A stretch of 64,000 nucleotides of DNA from Chromera velia. Its lineage: Eukaryota. The DNA lies in NCBI GenBank assembly GCA_018398765.1, contig JAHBMJ010000113.1, positions 62,001 to 126,000 of the forward strand. The letters are read 5' to 3'. Of the stretch, positions 11,785-22,864 are shown piece by piece (positions within the stretch are counted from its first letter, which is position 1; the number at the start of each line of letters is the position of its first letter). The notes under the pieces are model-generated. The model searched no databases. It had not been told where the DNA came from and worked only from the letters and a program-made list of their open reading frames with translations. The position numbers and the translations under genes are program-made.

Positions 11785-13835
11785 CCACCACCGGCACCCT
11801 TCAGGATGCCAGCTAATCCACTTTTCTTTTCCCAACTCCTCACCGTTCTCCCCCATCCACCTCCCATCCGGGTTCCCTATATATGTATGTGAAGGTGTGT
11901 GCGTGTAGCCGCCACCGGCACCCTTCAGGACATAAGCCAATCCACTTTTCTTTTCTTAATTCCTCACCGTTCTCCCCCACCAGCCTCCCACCAGATTCTC
12001 TGCTCCTTTGCCGCCCACCCCGGCCCACTTGTGATGCGGCCGGCCCCGGCCGACTTGTGACACCGCCGGCTTCGGCCTCGGGCCCCGCCCTACCCCCTTA
12101 TGGCGCCGCCGGCCCCGGCCCCGACCCCAGCAGTCGTGGCCTTTACTCAGCGCAAAGTCTCTGCTCACTCTAGTTCGCTCTCGGCTCTCCATAGTCGCTC
12201 GGACCTCTCTCTGTGACGCCGCCAGGCCTGGCCCCGGGCTGGGCCCCCGCCTCGGCCTGGCTACCGCGGGTTGCCGCCCCTGCCTCCGTCCTTGCCCCGG
12301 CCTCCATGGATGGACGTTGCTCCGGCCCAGCACTCCGGCCTGCTCATTGCCTTGATTGGATTCCGCCCGCTCTTCTTCGTTCCTTCGTCTTTCTGTTCTA
12401 CGGAGATTCATGCGTTGGGGCCAGACCAAGCCGGAGATGGTGCTGAGGTAGGGGCCAGGGTGTCTCAAACATAAAGAAAAGACCCAAACAAAGACAGACA
12501 AGCAGTGAAAGGGAGACAAACGGGAAGCAGGGGCAGGCGACCCCCCCCCTCCTTCCTTTGGCTCTCTCCAGATTGGCATACTCTCTCTCCTCTCTTTCTA
12601 AACCATACTTACTAGATGCATATGACTGACTTTGATAGATAGGCATGGGTTCAAAATGGAACGACTGACACACTGTCAGACCGAATGAAAACAAACCACT
12701 GACCCAGAGAGATAGTCGTCATGTGGAGCCTCAAATACTGTTCCATAGCAGCAGCAGCATGATCAAAGGCACCGAAACCTGTATCCATTCACATCTACAA
12801 GAGGCAACAAAGCCAAAAAAGATGGTTCAAAGCAAACATCTGCTCAACAGTGCATCATGCACTAACCTACACAGAGAGACGGAAATGAACACTCACCAGA
12901 AAAAAGGCGAAAGCAACCCCAGCTCCTCAGTAGAGGCAAAAAAGAATCCCAGATCCTGCATGTAATCACAGAGCAAGAAAAAAATGAAGTTTCAGGCGAA
13001 AGTCTGAGGTGCATCATGCTTCGATATGATGGAACGGCTTGCAAGCTTTGAGCAAGACAAACGGATGAACCCACCGAGGAGCACGCGAAGGCCGATCTGA
13101 CTCCCTCAAACAGCCTAGTGGGAGTCCCAAATCCTGCCTGCAGATACATACCAAGAAGATAAGGAAGTATGGGAGTTTGGGCAAAGGTGGGCGAGCGTTT
13201 GACATAATGCAACGAGGGTTACGGCTAGCTCACGTCTGAGAGGAGACGGAACCTCAAACTCACCAGAAGGAAGATGAAGAGAGCCCCAGTTCCCCCAGCA
13301 AGGCAAGCAAGAGCTTGAAAGCTTGCATTGGGGCACGCAGCAGAACAAGACGTCGACCCAAGATTGGAAGCAAGACGACCCTCTCCAATTTTACCCACAA
13401 AACCTACTTGACAGAACGAGACGGGGAAATAAACCCATGCCCAATAGAAAAGAGACGGCTAAAGTTCCACCCACAGTCTGCTACCACGCGCGTGTATCAA
13501 AATCGGATTTCGATCCGATTTTAAATCTCCTTAAAAGCTTTGCGAGCCGCAGCGCGCGCGGCCGCCGTGGACTATTAATTATTTGGGGCGGCGTGTGGAT
13601 GCAGGCTTACACTCGGTCACGCACTGTCATACGTGCAAGCGCAATACATTTTTTCTATAGCACTCGCTAACTATGATTCATGAACGCAAAAATACACTTG
13701 CAGAATGTTTAAAACTCTTTGTTTCTACTTTTTAACCACTGTTTACTGCCCAAACATGCCTGCGGGATAGGGTTGTTTTGGAGACCGTTTTGGTGTTAGA
13801 GACCGTTTTGAAAAATTTTAGACTGTCTCTGTTCA
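11782..13835 (-). other. Foreign ~2-kb segment inside the copia element
   Basis: No retroelement motifs. Contains GC-rich minus-strand exon-like sequence with GTGAGG donors, promoter-like GCGCGCGC sequence near 13550, and GAGACCGTTTTG repeated at ~13780 and ~13799. Confidence 0.55.
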
Positions 13836-13849
13836 GTACCGAGCTATGC

Positions 13850-16800
13850 AGGAAGACGCCCCCCCTTGCAGGGCGTGCGGAGAGAATAGGCATTGGGACA
13901 AGGCCCCTGTATGCAAGAAGAACTCTGGGGGGGGAGGGGGCAGCAGTGGCTGCCCCTAACTACGCTCGGGAGGGTTGAGAGATATGCGAGCTGGGGGGGG
14001 GGATCCGCCTCCAAAATTCTTTGGGGCCCCTCAGCACTGCAGATGATGAAGGCGGAGAGGTGGAGCATATGGGGGCAGCGGGGGGAAAAGAGGACTTAAG
14101 ATGGGTGTGGAGAAAGAAATTCCTCGTTGCCGACACTGGTTGCAGTCGGCATTTGATCGGAGGGGATCTGGAGGACTCGATTGTTTCCCGTCGCCCTCAT
14201 GAGTTTCGATATGAGGAAGCCTCTGGGGTGGAGATGGTTTGTGCTGAAGAGGTGGAGGCAGTTCCTGTCCTCGAGGGGGTAGATGGAGATCCCGTTCGTC
14301 CTCTCTTCAAGGGAGCTTTTAAATCGTCAATGCCCACCTCTCTTCTCTCTGTGAGGGGCTGTAGGATGCAGAAAGTTGTCTCCCCCTTTTAGGTTGAATT
14401 TCCTGAGCAGGGGGGGATGCCTGTATGCGTGTGTTTGTATGAGAGAGGCGGTGTCCATGTAGTGCGTGTTCTCTCTCTCTCTTCCTCTACTCAATTGAAT
14501 GAAAATTCAGACAGCGTGTTTGTTATTATTGCACATGAGTCCCTTTTCCCCCACAATTCATCTGTCTCCATTGAGAAGGCAAAACTCTCTGCAATGGAAG
14601 GTGCACACATGACTGCTCATAAACTAAATTAACATGTGGCATGCAAGGTTTGGTCACGCGACCAGCGCGCGCTTGTATGCTTCAAATTGCTTCAAAAAGA
14701 AGGGAATGGCCCATCGAGTAACCATACAGGAGTGTGAGGAGTTGATTGACTGTAGAGAGTGTAGAGAAGTGAACAAGAAGATGAGATGGATTCCAGCCAG
14801 ACAGGGGGGTGGGGGAAGAAATGAATGTATAGGCTCGTACTGGATGCAGGATTTCCTTTTTCTTTCTGGCCCCAGGGGGTATGCCTGCAAGTCTCCTGAC
14901 AGAGAGGTCAAAAAGACTGATGGATGGAAAAGTTTTGAAAAAGAAAGCCCACGCAGTCAGGCATCTCTGTTCTGTAGTCAGAAGGTACGAGCCCCGTTTT
15001 GGTATGGTAAAACAGGTGCAGACAGATAACGGAGGTGAATTCGAAGGCAACAAGCCAGATCAGTATGATTACTTCTGTCAGAAAGAGCGCATCCACCACA
15101 GACGAGGGGCAGACTACATACCACAGCATCAGAGAAACGCAGAGAGGGCAAACAAAACAGTCAAGAGGCTTTTCAAGAAAGCGAGGAGACAGACAGGCCT
15201 ACCTAGATACACAGACAAGTGGCTGTTCAAAAGAGTTGTGCAGGAGTTGAATAACTGCGTGTCCACAGTTTTAGGTCAGTTAGCCGTGCGTGCGTGCGTG
15301 CTTTGGGGAAGAGAGGGCTTCCGAGATTCCATCGATCATTGTAGGCGATCGAGTGTGTGTGTATAATGTACGGCCAAGACAGAAGGATGAGGAGGATGTG
15401 CATAGGATCGAGAGCTTCTTTGGGGGCATTGAGAGTTCGAATGTGGTGGTGGTGATTATGCAGAAAAAGAACGGATAGAAGCCTATTCGTGTTCCTCTAT
15501 CCTCTGTTTTTCTTGTTGCATGGACTCAAGAGGTACCGATATATATAAATCTATTCTTTCTTCTCTTTTTCTCTCCTCTTCTGGGGACTCTGGGGTTTCT
15601 CTGGGATCTGGGAAGGGGGGGGGGTTAGAAGTGGGGCTGAGGAGGATGATGCCTTCTCAGACATTAATGTGGAGGAAGTGTAGGATGTAGATGATGTTCG
15701 TCCTGCCCGATTCTCTTCTTCCTTTGCTTCAGTTCGTTTCTTTCCTGAAGTCTCTCGGACGGCTGCCAAGCTGTTCGAGCGCTGCCTTGTCTCCCCTGAG
15801 TCAGCCAGCTCAGGGGGTGTGAGTGCTGCTTCATCTCTTCTTCCTCAGGCACCTGTAGGCTCGCAAATCCAGAACAGCCAACTGAAGATGCATGTCGAAC
15901 AGGAGGAGGGGAAAGAGAAAGAAGAGACTGAGGGAAATGAAGAACGTATGGGTCCTCTAAGGGCCCGTCGGGAAGGAAGAGAAGATGGGGCAATGCCTCC
16001 ATCCCCTGTTGTAAGTGCTGTGTCAGGGATGTAGATTGAGAGAGAGGAGGATGCACTTTGTATGCAGGAAGTTGAAAAGGAGAAGGAAAAGGAAGGGGTG
16101 CACATGGCACCGGAAGATAAAAAAGAGAAGGAAGATGAAAAAGAGGCATTGAGGGAGCGTCTTGGAGAATTGAAAGAACAGCTTGCGCAGGTGATCAGGG
16201 AAAAAGAAAAGAGGAGACGTCCTCTTCCCCGTGTTGTCCCGATCGATGCCGAGATCCAAAAGAAAATAATAGATCACGTGAACCCCCGGAAGGGCCATAT
16301 AGATGCAATAGCAGAAGAAGTGGCAGGGGGGAGTCATGAAGGCGGAATACGCAGTGATCTTAAGAGGTTCTTGGAAGAGAAGGTGTTTGCCTGGGGGGTG
16401 CGTTTGTTATGGGGAAGGAAGGCGATGGCATTGCGTTGCCGTTGGGTACTCACCTTGAAGAAGAAAGGAAGAGAGAGGGTAGCGAAGGCTCGTTTAGTGG
16501 TGAAAGGCTTTTAGGATGATCGAAAGGACTTGTAAACATATTCAGGTATGGCTGATTGGTGGTCGGTGTTTCTTGTTCTTTCTTTTGCTGCCACTAAGGG
16601 GTGGAGGTGTGCAAAGTCTGATATGCGGACTGCCTTCCTGACTGCCGAAATGAAAGATGAAGTCTTTGTACGTTTGCTTGACAATCTGCCTGACGGTCTG
16701 CCTGAGTGGATAAAGGGGGGGTACGTGTGCAAATTGAATAAAGCCATGTATGGACTGGCCGACGCTCCTCGTCTGTACACTCAGAGTTTCAGAAAGATTG

Positions 16801-17927
16801 CAAGAGAAGAGGGCTGGGAAGAGTTGAGGGAAAGTGTGTTTGCAAAGAAAGATGGAAAAGGAAAGATCGAAGCTGTCATGCTCATACATGTGGATGATCT
16901 ACTCATCTTTGCTGCTGACCCTCTCACTTACTTTGTACCCATCCAGAAGAGACTCAAGATAGATAAGCCTGAATTGTTGGAGGGGGGAGAAAGTTTTGAG
17001 TACATCGGCATGACGCTGACTCGAACGAAGGATGGTTATAAGATTTGGCAGAAGGAGTACCTCAATTCGATTGAGATTGATGAGAAAAAATTGTATGGAG
17101 GGAGACTGAATGCATCTCTTCTTAAGGCTCCAGAAGCACAGGAAGTCTTGAATGATCTGATCCCTCTGATGTAAAAATGCACAGGTATGATAGGGTGGGT
17201 TGTTCAGACACTTCCTTCCATCTCTTTTCTTTTCAGTGAGTTGTCTCGATGGTCGACTCGGCCTTCTACAGAGAAGGTTGAGGGGGTGTTGCGTCTTCTT
17301 CAGAGAATCTGCATGCTCAGGAAACAGAAAGGTCTCTTATCTTCACGCCTTGTCCCAATCTCAAGATTGTCCCCTTCTATGATAGTTCTTTTTCTCTTTC
17401 TCAGGGGGAGGGGCGGGCAGGGTATGAGGCTTTTCTAGTTGATCAGAGCGAGTCGATTGAATCCACGTGAGAGAGCAATCTTTTTACGTGGAAGTCCAAA
17501 CAAAATTTTAATCAAGAGAGTCTTGAATTCCAGTACGTCTTCTAATCTCTGCACACAGTATGAAACAGTGAAGAAAGCATATACATGGAAGTCGTTTGCA
17601 GAGGCTCTCTAGCAGAAGAAAGTCCTGATTGAATTTGTGACTGATTTTGCTCCTCTGATAGAACAGTTACAGATGAGAGAGGCGAGATCGGAGCCTCGTC
17701 TGCAAGGCATGCTTCGATTTGTTCGGCAAGAGTTGAGAGCAATGAGAGCAAAAACACTGTGGTGCCCGACAAATCTCATACATACAGATAGACAGATAAA
17801 ATTAAAACTTTCAAGGGACAGAGGCACTCAGTATCTCCCTCGTGATCGATCGACTGCAGTCAAATCAGGTGCGAGACGGAAGGTAATTGATTTTGCAAAG
17901 AAGGTTTGCTTTGTTTACCCTAACTGA
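13850..17927 (+). pseudogene. Copia Gag zinc knuckle + Pol (protease, integrase, reverse transcriptase, RNase H) with stops and frameshifts
   Basis: CRACGENRHWDKAPVC knuckle; ADTGCSRHL protease; WHARFGH...CREC, TDNGGEF and AERANKT integrase; KARLVVKGF, DMRTAFL, KAMYGL and HVDDLL RT; TDFAP RNase H region. Confidence 0.93.
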
Positions 17928-17962
17928 GTGATTGTTCATTGTATTTACAATCAGGGGGTGAT

Positions 17963-18204
17963 TGTAAGGGCTTAGTATAGGATTGCCCGCTGCCAGTCCC
18001 GCCGCCGCATGATAGTGAGATATTATGCGGCAGGGGTGTGCTCCGTACATTGAATTAATTCTGAGTGAGATCTGCATTTGGATATAATAACAGACTGAAT
18101 AATAGAAGAGAAGAAGTTTCTTCTCTCTGTCAGTTCTCTCTCTATAAAACTATGAGACCAAGTAAATCTATGTCTATTGTCTGTTAAAGTCCAACCACCT
18201 TTCA
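17963..18204 (+). repeat. 3' LTR (242 bp)
   Basis: Copy of 11275-11519, followed by TSD GTTTT. Confidence 0.95.
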
Positions 18205-18398
18205 GTTTTTCTATCTGGTTGCTTTTTTGCCTGTCTCCTTGTCAGTCTGTCTTTCATCCATGAAGAAAAGGATCGAGGGAGATGAAAGAAATAAATTATC
18301 TGCCTGTTTGTCTGTGTGTGTCTGTCGGTGTCTGCCTCTCTGTCTGCGTGCCTGCCTGTCCGTCTATCTATCTGTCTATCTGTTTGGAATATATAGTC

Positions 18399-21300
18399 TA
18401 GTTAGTTAGTTAGTTAGAGGATGCCTAACCCTAGTTGGAGCGCTAAGCTCCTGGGCGGCACATATATGCATGGTTGTTGTTTGTTAAGTTGCCGGTGGAG
18501 TTGATCAGTTAATTACTTTCTAGAATAGGGCAGACCGGATGCGAGTGTAGAAGCGATTGAATGACATTACGGATGAAGAGTTCAGATGTACTTATACCAG
18601 GGAGTGAACAGTTACAATCATTTGAATTAATAGATTCCAGCTCAGCCAGGCAGTGCAAGAATTCTCTTTCATCCAGCCACTTAGCACATGAAAAAGTCTA
18701 TGTATGAAGTCATTAACACACTGAATGCAAGAGTCATGGACACAGAGTTTGTGGTCGCTACATTCAATAGACAGAGCACTGCTTTCGCCTTGTAGGTTAA
18801 ATGAGAGCAGATGTAAGAAACTGAACAGAGAGCCGTCGGTTACTGTGAGAGCAGATCGAGGAAGGGCGGAAAAGGAGTAGAGACCAGAGGCGGATTTGTT
18901 GTAAAAAAGAAATACAAACATGTGATGAGAGGAGGGAAAAGCTTGTTGAAGGGGGGTAAGCCTGGCAAGAGGAGAGAAATGTGAAGAAGCGATAGCCCCT
19001 GCCCGCTGCGTGTAGACCTCTTCCGCAACTGCATGTCTAGCTCTGCCCTTAAAGAAGAGAGAGCCGGTGCCTTAAACTCTTCATCGTTGCTGCCCGCTGG
19101 TGCTAGGGTGTTGTGGTACTCCCACCCCCAACGAACAAACAAAATCTAGACTAGCCTAACGAAGCAGCAGCAAGGAGGCTCTCGAAAACTCTGGATAAGT
19201 GTTTCCCTTCCAGGCACGCAGCATTGCAGCGGGAATGGTGTGCATGGTTTGCGAGAGCGAGCACCACCAGTCGGCCACTCTAGAGCAAAGCAGGGCTTTT
19301 GTAGGAAGCAGGCCGAAAATACACAGAAAGGGCAGACGAAGACTGCGAACAGACAGACGGCCAGACCAGCGTGCAAAACAGAGCTGCAAAGCATCGATTG
19401 CAAGAAGATCGGCATCACAAAGAGGGAAACATTCGAGGCAGTACAGTGCAACAAGGGACCAGCATGCTTTAAAAACAGTCATCTATGCATCTACACTGAG
19501 GGGACCCATACTGGCAATCAGACCAAACACAGCCCCTAGGGCGCGGGAGGCCAAAGCAATACGCGATTCGACTGTCTCACTGAGGCATCCCCCCTCAAAG
19601 AACAGGCACCCCAGGTACTTGTATTTCGTTGCCCATTCAACCTTTTTCTCTTCATACACCACCAAACCGGAGCTTTCCCCAAATGCAGAGGCAGACAGGC
19701 GGAGAATCTTTATCTTTTTCAGATTGACTGTAAGTCTCCATTCTTTGCAATACTTCTCGAGAGCAGAGAATTTCTTTTGAAGGTCTGAGACGGAATAGGC
19801 AAGAAAGCAGAGATCGTCGGCATAACCCAAACTGTCCAGGATACAATCATCTAGCAAAACTGGCTCCGGCCTAGGGCTCCGGCTCGCTTTCTAGCTCCTC
19901 TCCACTGCCCGCTTCCATTTCTATATCTGCCCACTCTCGCTCGACTGCCTTGCTGGCATGCCTTGCCTTGCTCTTGCTTGCAGAACACACACGGGGGAGA
20001 TTATTTATATACAGAAGAAAAAGAAAAGGCAAGACGGCATCCCCTTGCTTCACTCCAGCGCCCTTCTGAAAACGTAGAGAGTCTCTGTCAACCTTGCCCC
20101 ATACCTCTCTGTACATTTCACAGATCATGCAGATGTCTGCCTCACTCATGCCCTCATTTGTCAGTTTTTGAATTAATTTTGCTCTCGGTACAGTGTTAAA
20201 CGCCTTTGAAAAGTTAATAAAACCTATCAACAGAGCCTTTCTTTTCTTTTTGCACGAAGAGACAACAGAGGCAAGAGCACCAACCCCCTCTCTCGTTCCC
20301 ACCCCTTCATGAAACCCTAGCTGTCTGAAGTCAAGACGGACCTGGGAATGCACTCCATCAGGAGGCCAAAAAGTTTTGCAAAAGGGTTCACAACATGGAT
20401 TGGTCTCCATTCATTGGGAGAGGGGGAAGCAGGGCCTTTCGGAACTGGGCAAATGCGTAAAACATTCTATGAAGGAGGCCAGCAAGCATAAATATGCATC
20501 AGGTCAAATAAAATAAAAAATAAAAAGCGGGAGAGGGCACATTTGGCAAAACAGAGATCTAGCTGTGCGGGAGAGATGCTTTTAAGGCCAGCAGCTTTCC
20601 TTTTGTTCATTTTCTTCAAGTGGGAAGAGATCTGGTGAAAAGAGAAGGGCAGAGCAGAGGGGTGGAAAGGAGGAGGGGCAGGGGGATGGACCAAAAGGAG
20701 AGGCTCCTCGTTTGAATCTTCAAAAACACCCACCCAATGGTTCGAGAATGCGCAGGGGGACGGGCGTTTTGCACCACCAACCGACAAGGCGGCTTTTTTC
20801 TTCCTTTTCTAAAGAGAGAGAGGATCCTTAAGGAGTTCTTCTTGAACCCTCTGTGCTTCTTTCTTCTTCCAAGCAGCCTGTTTGCATTTAAAGAGGCTAT
20901 GGCAGACCCAGAGTAGTCTCTAAAGGCGATTGAATTCTAACTTTCTCCCACCCACATCTCTTACCAACTTACAAACGCGGTCCGCCTCCCTCACTTCCTT
21001 TTGCATGGACTTGCATTCTTCATCAAATCAAGCCTCTTTCGTTCTATGCTTAACCTCCGACCCAAACCCTGCTCCGTCTTTTTTCGGTTTCACAGGCCCA
21101 ACAAGCAGTCGGGACCACTCTTGGACAAATCTGAAGAGGCAAGCGCGACTGTCCTCGGCCCCACCTTACGGGGAAAAGAGGGGATCAAGCGAGTTAAAAG
21201 GGTCAGAAGAGAAAGGGCGGGGGGATTCAGGAGGGGGGGGAAGGATAGGCGGCTCCACAAAAGGCTCAATCTGGTTGTGATATTCCTACAGACCTGGCCA

Positions 21301-21715
21301 GCGTTGTTCTGCGAAACTTTTGACTGCAGCTGCCAACGATGCAAGCTCTTCATCTGATATGGGGGTAGATTGGTTGGAACAGAAGAGCAAAGGGCATTCA
21401 AAGAGGTTCTGGTGGGGCGGAAGGGCGTCTTCTTGCTCTGGTTTGATTGGAGGAGGGCAGAGGGAAAAAGAGATAGATGCGTGGTCAGGGGAGGCAATGC
21501 CATCAAATTCAATCTTCCAATCAGCGATCTTCTCAACAACAGAGGGGTCAGTCAACACATAATCTATGACAGAGGTTTGACATCTGCGATTGTCTGGAGT
21601 AATGTGTGCAGAGACCAGGGAAGTCAAACTCTTTTCCACCCACCTTTCCTTTCAATCCGTTCAGGGGGATAACTTTTTTAGGTTCGAGTCGCTGTAGAGC
21701 TGAATAAAATTCTTT
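18399..21715 (-). mobile_element. 5'-truncated, degenerate non-LTR retrotransposon (APE endonuclease C-terminus + RT)
   Basis: APE motifs SVIDYVL and SPDH. RT motifs FINFSKAFNTV, GVKQGD, YADDL and YKYLG. Possible (CTAA)n 3' tail at 18399-18417. The ends are approximate. Confidence 0.88.
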
Positions 21716-21719
21716 CTGT

Positions 21720-22034
21720 CTAGAAAAGAAGGGAGAAGAAGAAACATATAGTCTATCTGAAAAGAAGCCATATAGTCATGCGTGTGTGCGTTTCTGCGTG
21801 TTTGTGTGTGTGTGTGTAAGTATGTGTGTGTGTGTGTGAGCATGTGTGTATGAGTGTGTGTATATATGTGTGTGTGTGTGTGTGTGTATGTGTATGCTTG
21901 TATGTGTGCTTTTATGTATATGTATGTGTGTGTACGTGTATGTGTGTGTGTATGTGTATATATGTGTATGTGCGTTTGTGTGGTTGTATATGTGTGTGTA
22001 TATATGTATGTATGTGTGTTTGTGTGGTTGTATA

Positions 22035-22068
<34 letters not shown>

Positions 22069-22700
22069 AGTGTGTGTATATGTGTGTGTGTGTGTGTATG
22101 TGTGTGTATATATATATGTATGTGTGTGTGTGTGTGTGTGTGTGTTTTGCTCTGTCTGTTTGTCTATCTGTCTCAGACTGTCTCTGTGTCTGTCCGTCTG
22201 TGTGTCTGTCTGTCTGTCTGTCTGTCCGAACATGAAGAAAAGGAGGGAGAAGAAGAAGAAACATATAGTCTATCTGTCCGAAAGAAAGGAAACGTTTCGG
22301 AAAAAGTGAAGTGAAGAAAAGATGATATAGTTTGTCTGTTTCTAGGTCTGTCTGTCTGTCTATCTATCTGAAGAAAAGAAGGGCGAAGAAGAAACATATA
22401 GTCTGTCTATCTGAAGTGAAAAAGTAAAGTGAAAAAAAGATGATATGGTCTGTCTGTCTTTCTGTCTGGAAGAGAAAAGGAAAGAAATGACGATATAGTC
22501 TGTCTGCCAGTCTGTTTCGTATCTGTCTATCTTCCCACACTGTTTAATTTTTGGTTTGGTTCCTTTGTCTGTGTTCTTTCTTTCTTTCTTTTTGTCTGTT
22601 ATGTACATAGAGAAAAGAAGGGAGAAGAAGAAACATACAGTCTATCTCTCTGTGTATGTCTGTCTGCCTGCCTGCCTACCTGCCTGCCCGCCTGTCTGCT
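21720..22700. repeat. Compound (GT)n/(CTGT)n microsatellite with interspersed GAAAAGAAGGGAGAAGAAGAAACATATAGTCT modules
   Basis: Module seen near 21723, 22237, 22373 and 22612, and again near 47414 and 47467. Confidence 0.85.
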
Positions 22701-22864
22701 TCCCTCTCTGTCTGTGTAGAAAGAGACAACGATGTGGTCTAACGAAAGTATCTGACCCTGTCTATCTGTATATGAAAAGAACACCAGGGGGAAGCGGAAA
22801 AAAACAAATCGGAGGTTTGCCTCTGTGTCGTCAGCACCTCAAAGTCTCCTCTGTTTCTGTGCAG

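Larger units (their letters stand above)
11275..18204 (+). mobile_element. Ty1/copia LTR retrotransposon, full-length but inactive
   Basis: Direct TG...CA LTRs, 5-bp TSD GTTTT (11270-11274 and 18205-18209), purine-rich tract AGGGGG before the 3' LTR, and domain order Gag-PR-IN-RT-RNaseH. Confidence 0.96.

Noticed and set aside
21661..22314. Long His/Thr or Cys/Val ORFs (likewise 38238-39372, 44891-45656, 46931-47848)
   Set aside because: Translations of (CA)n/(GA)n microsatellites.
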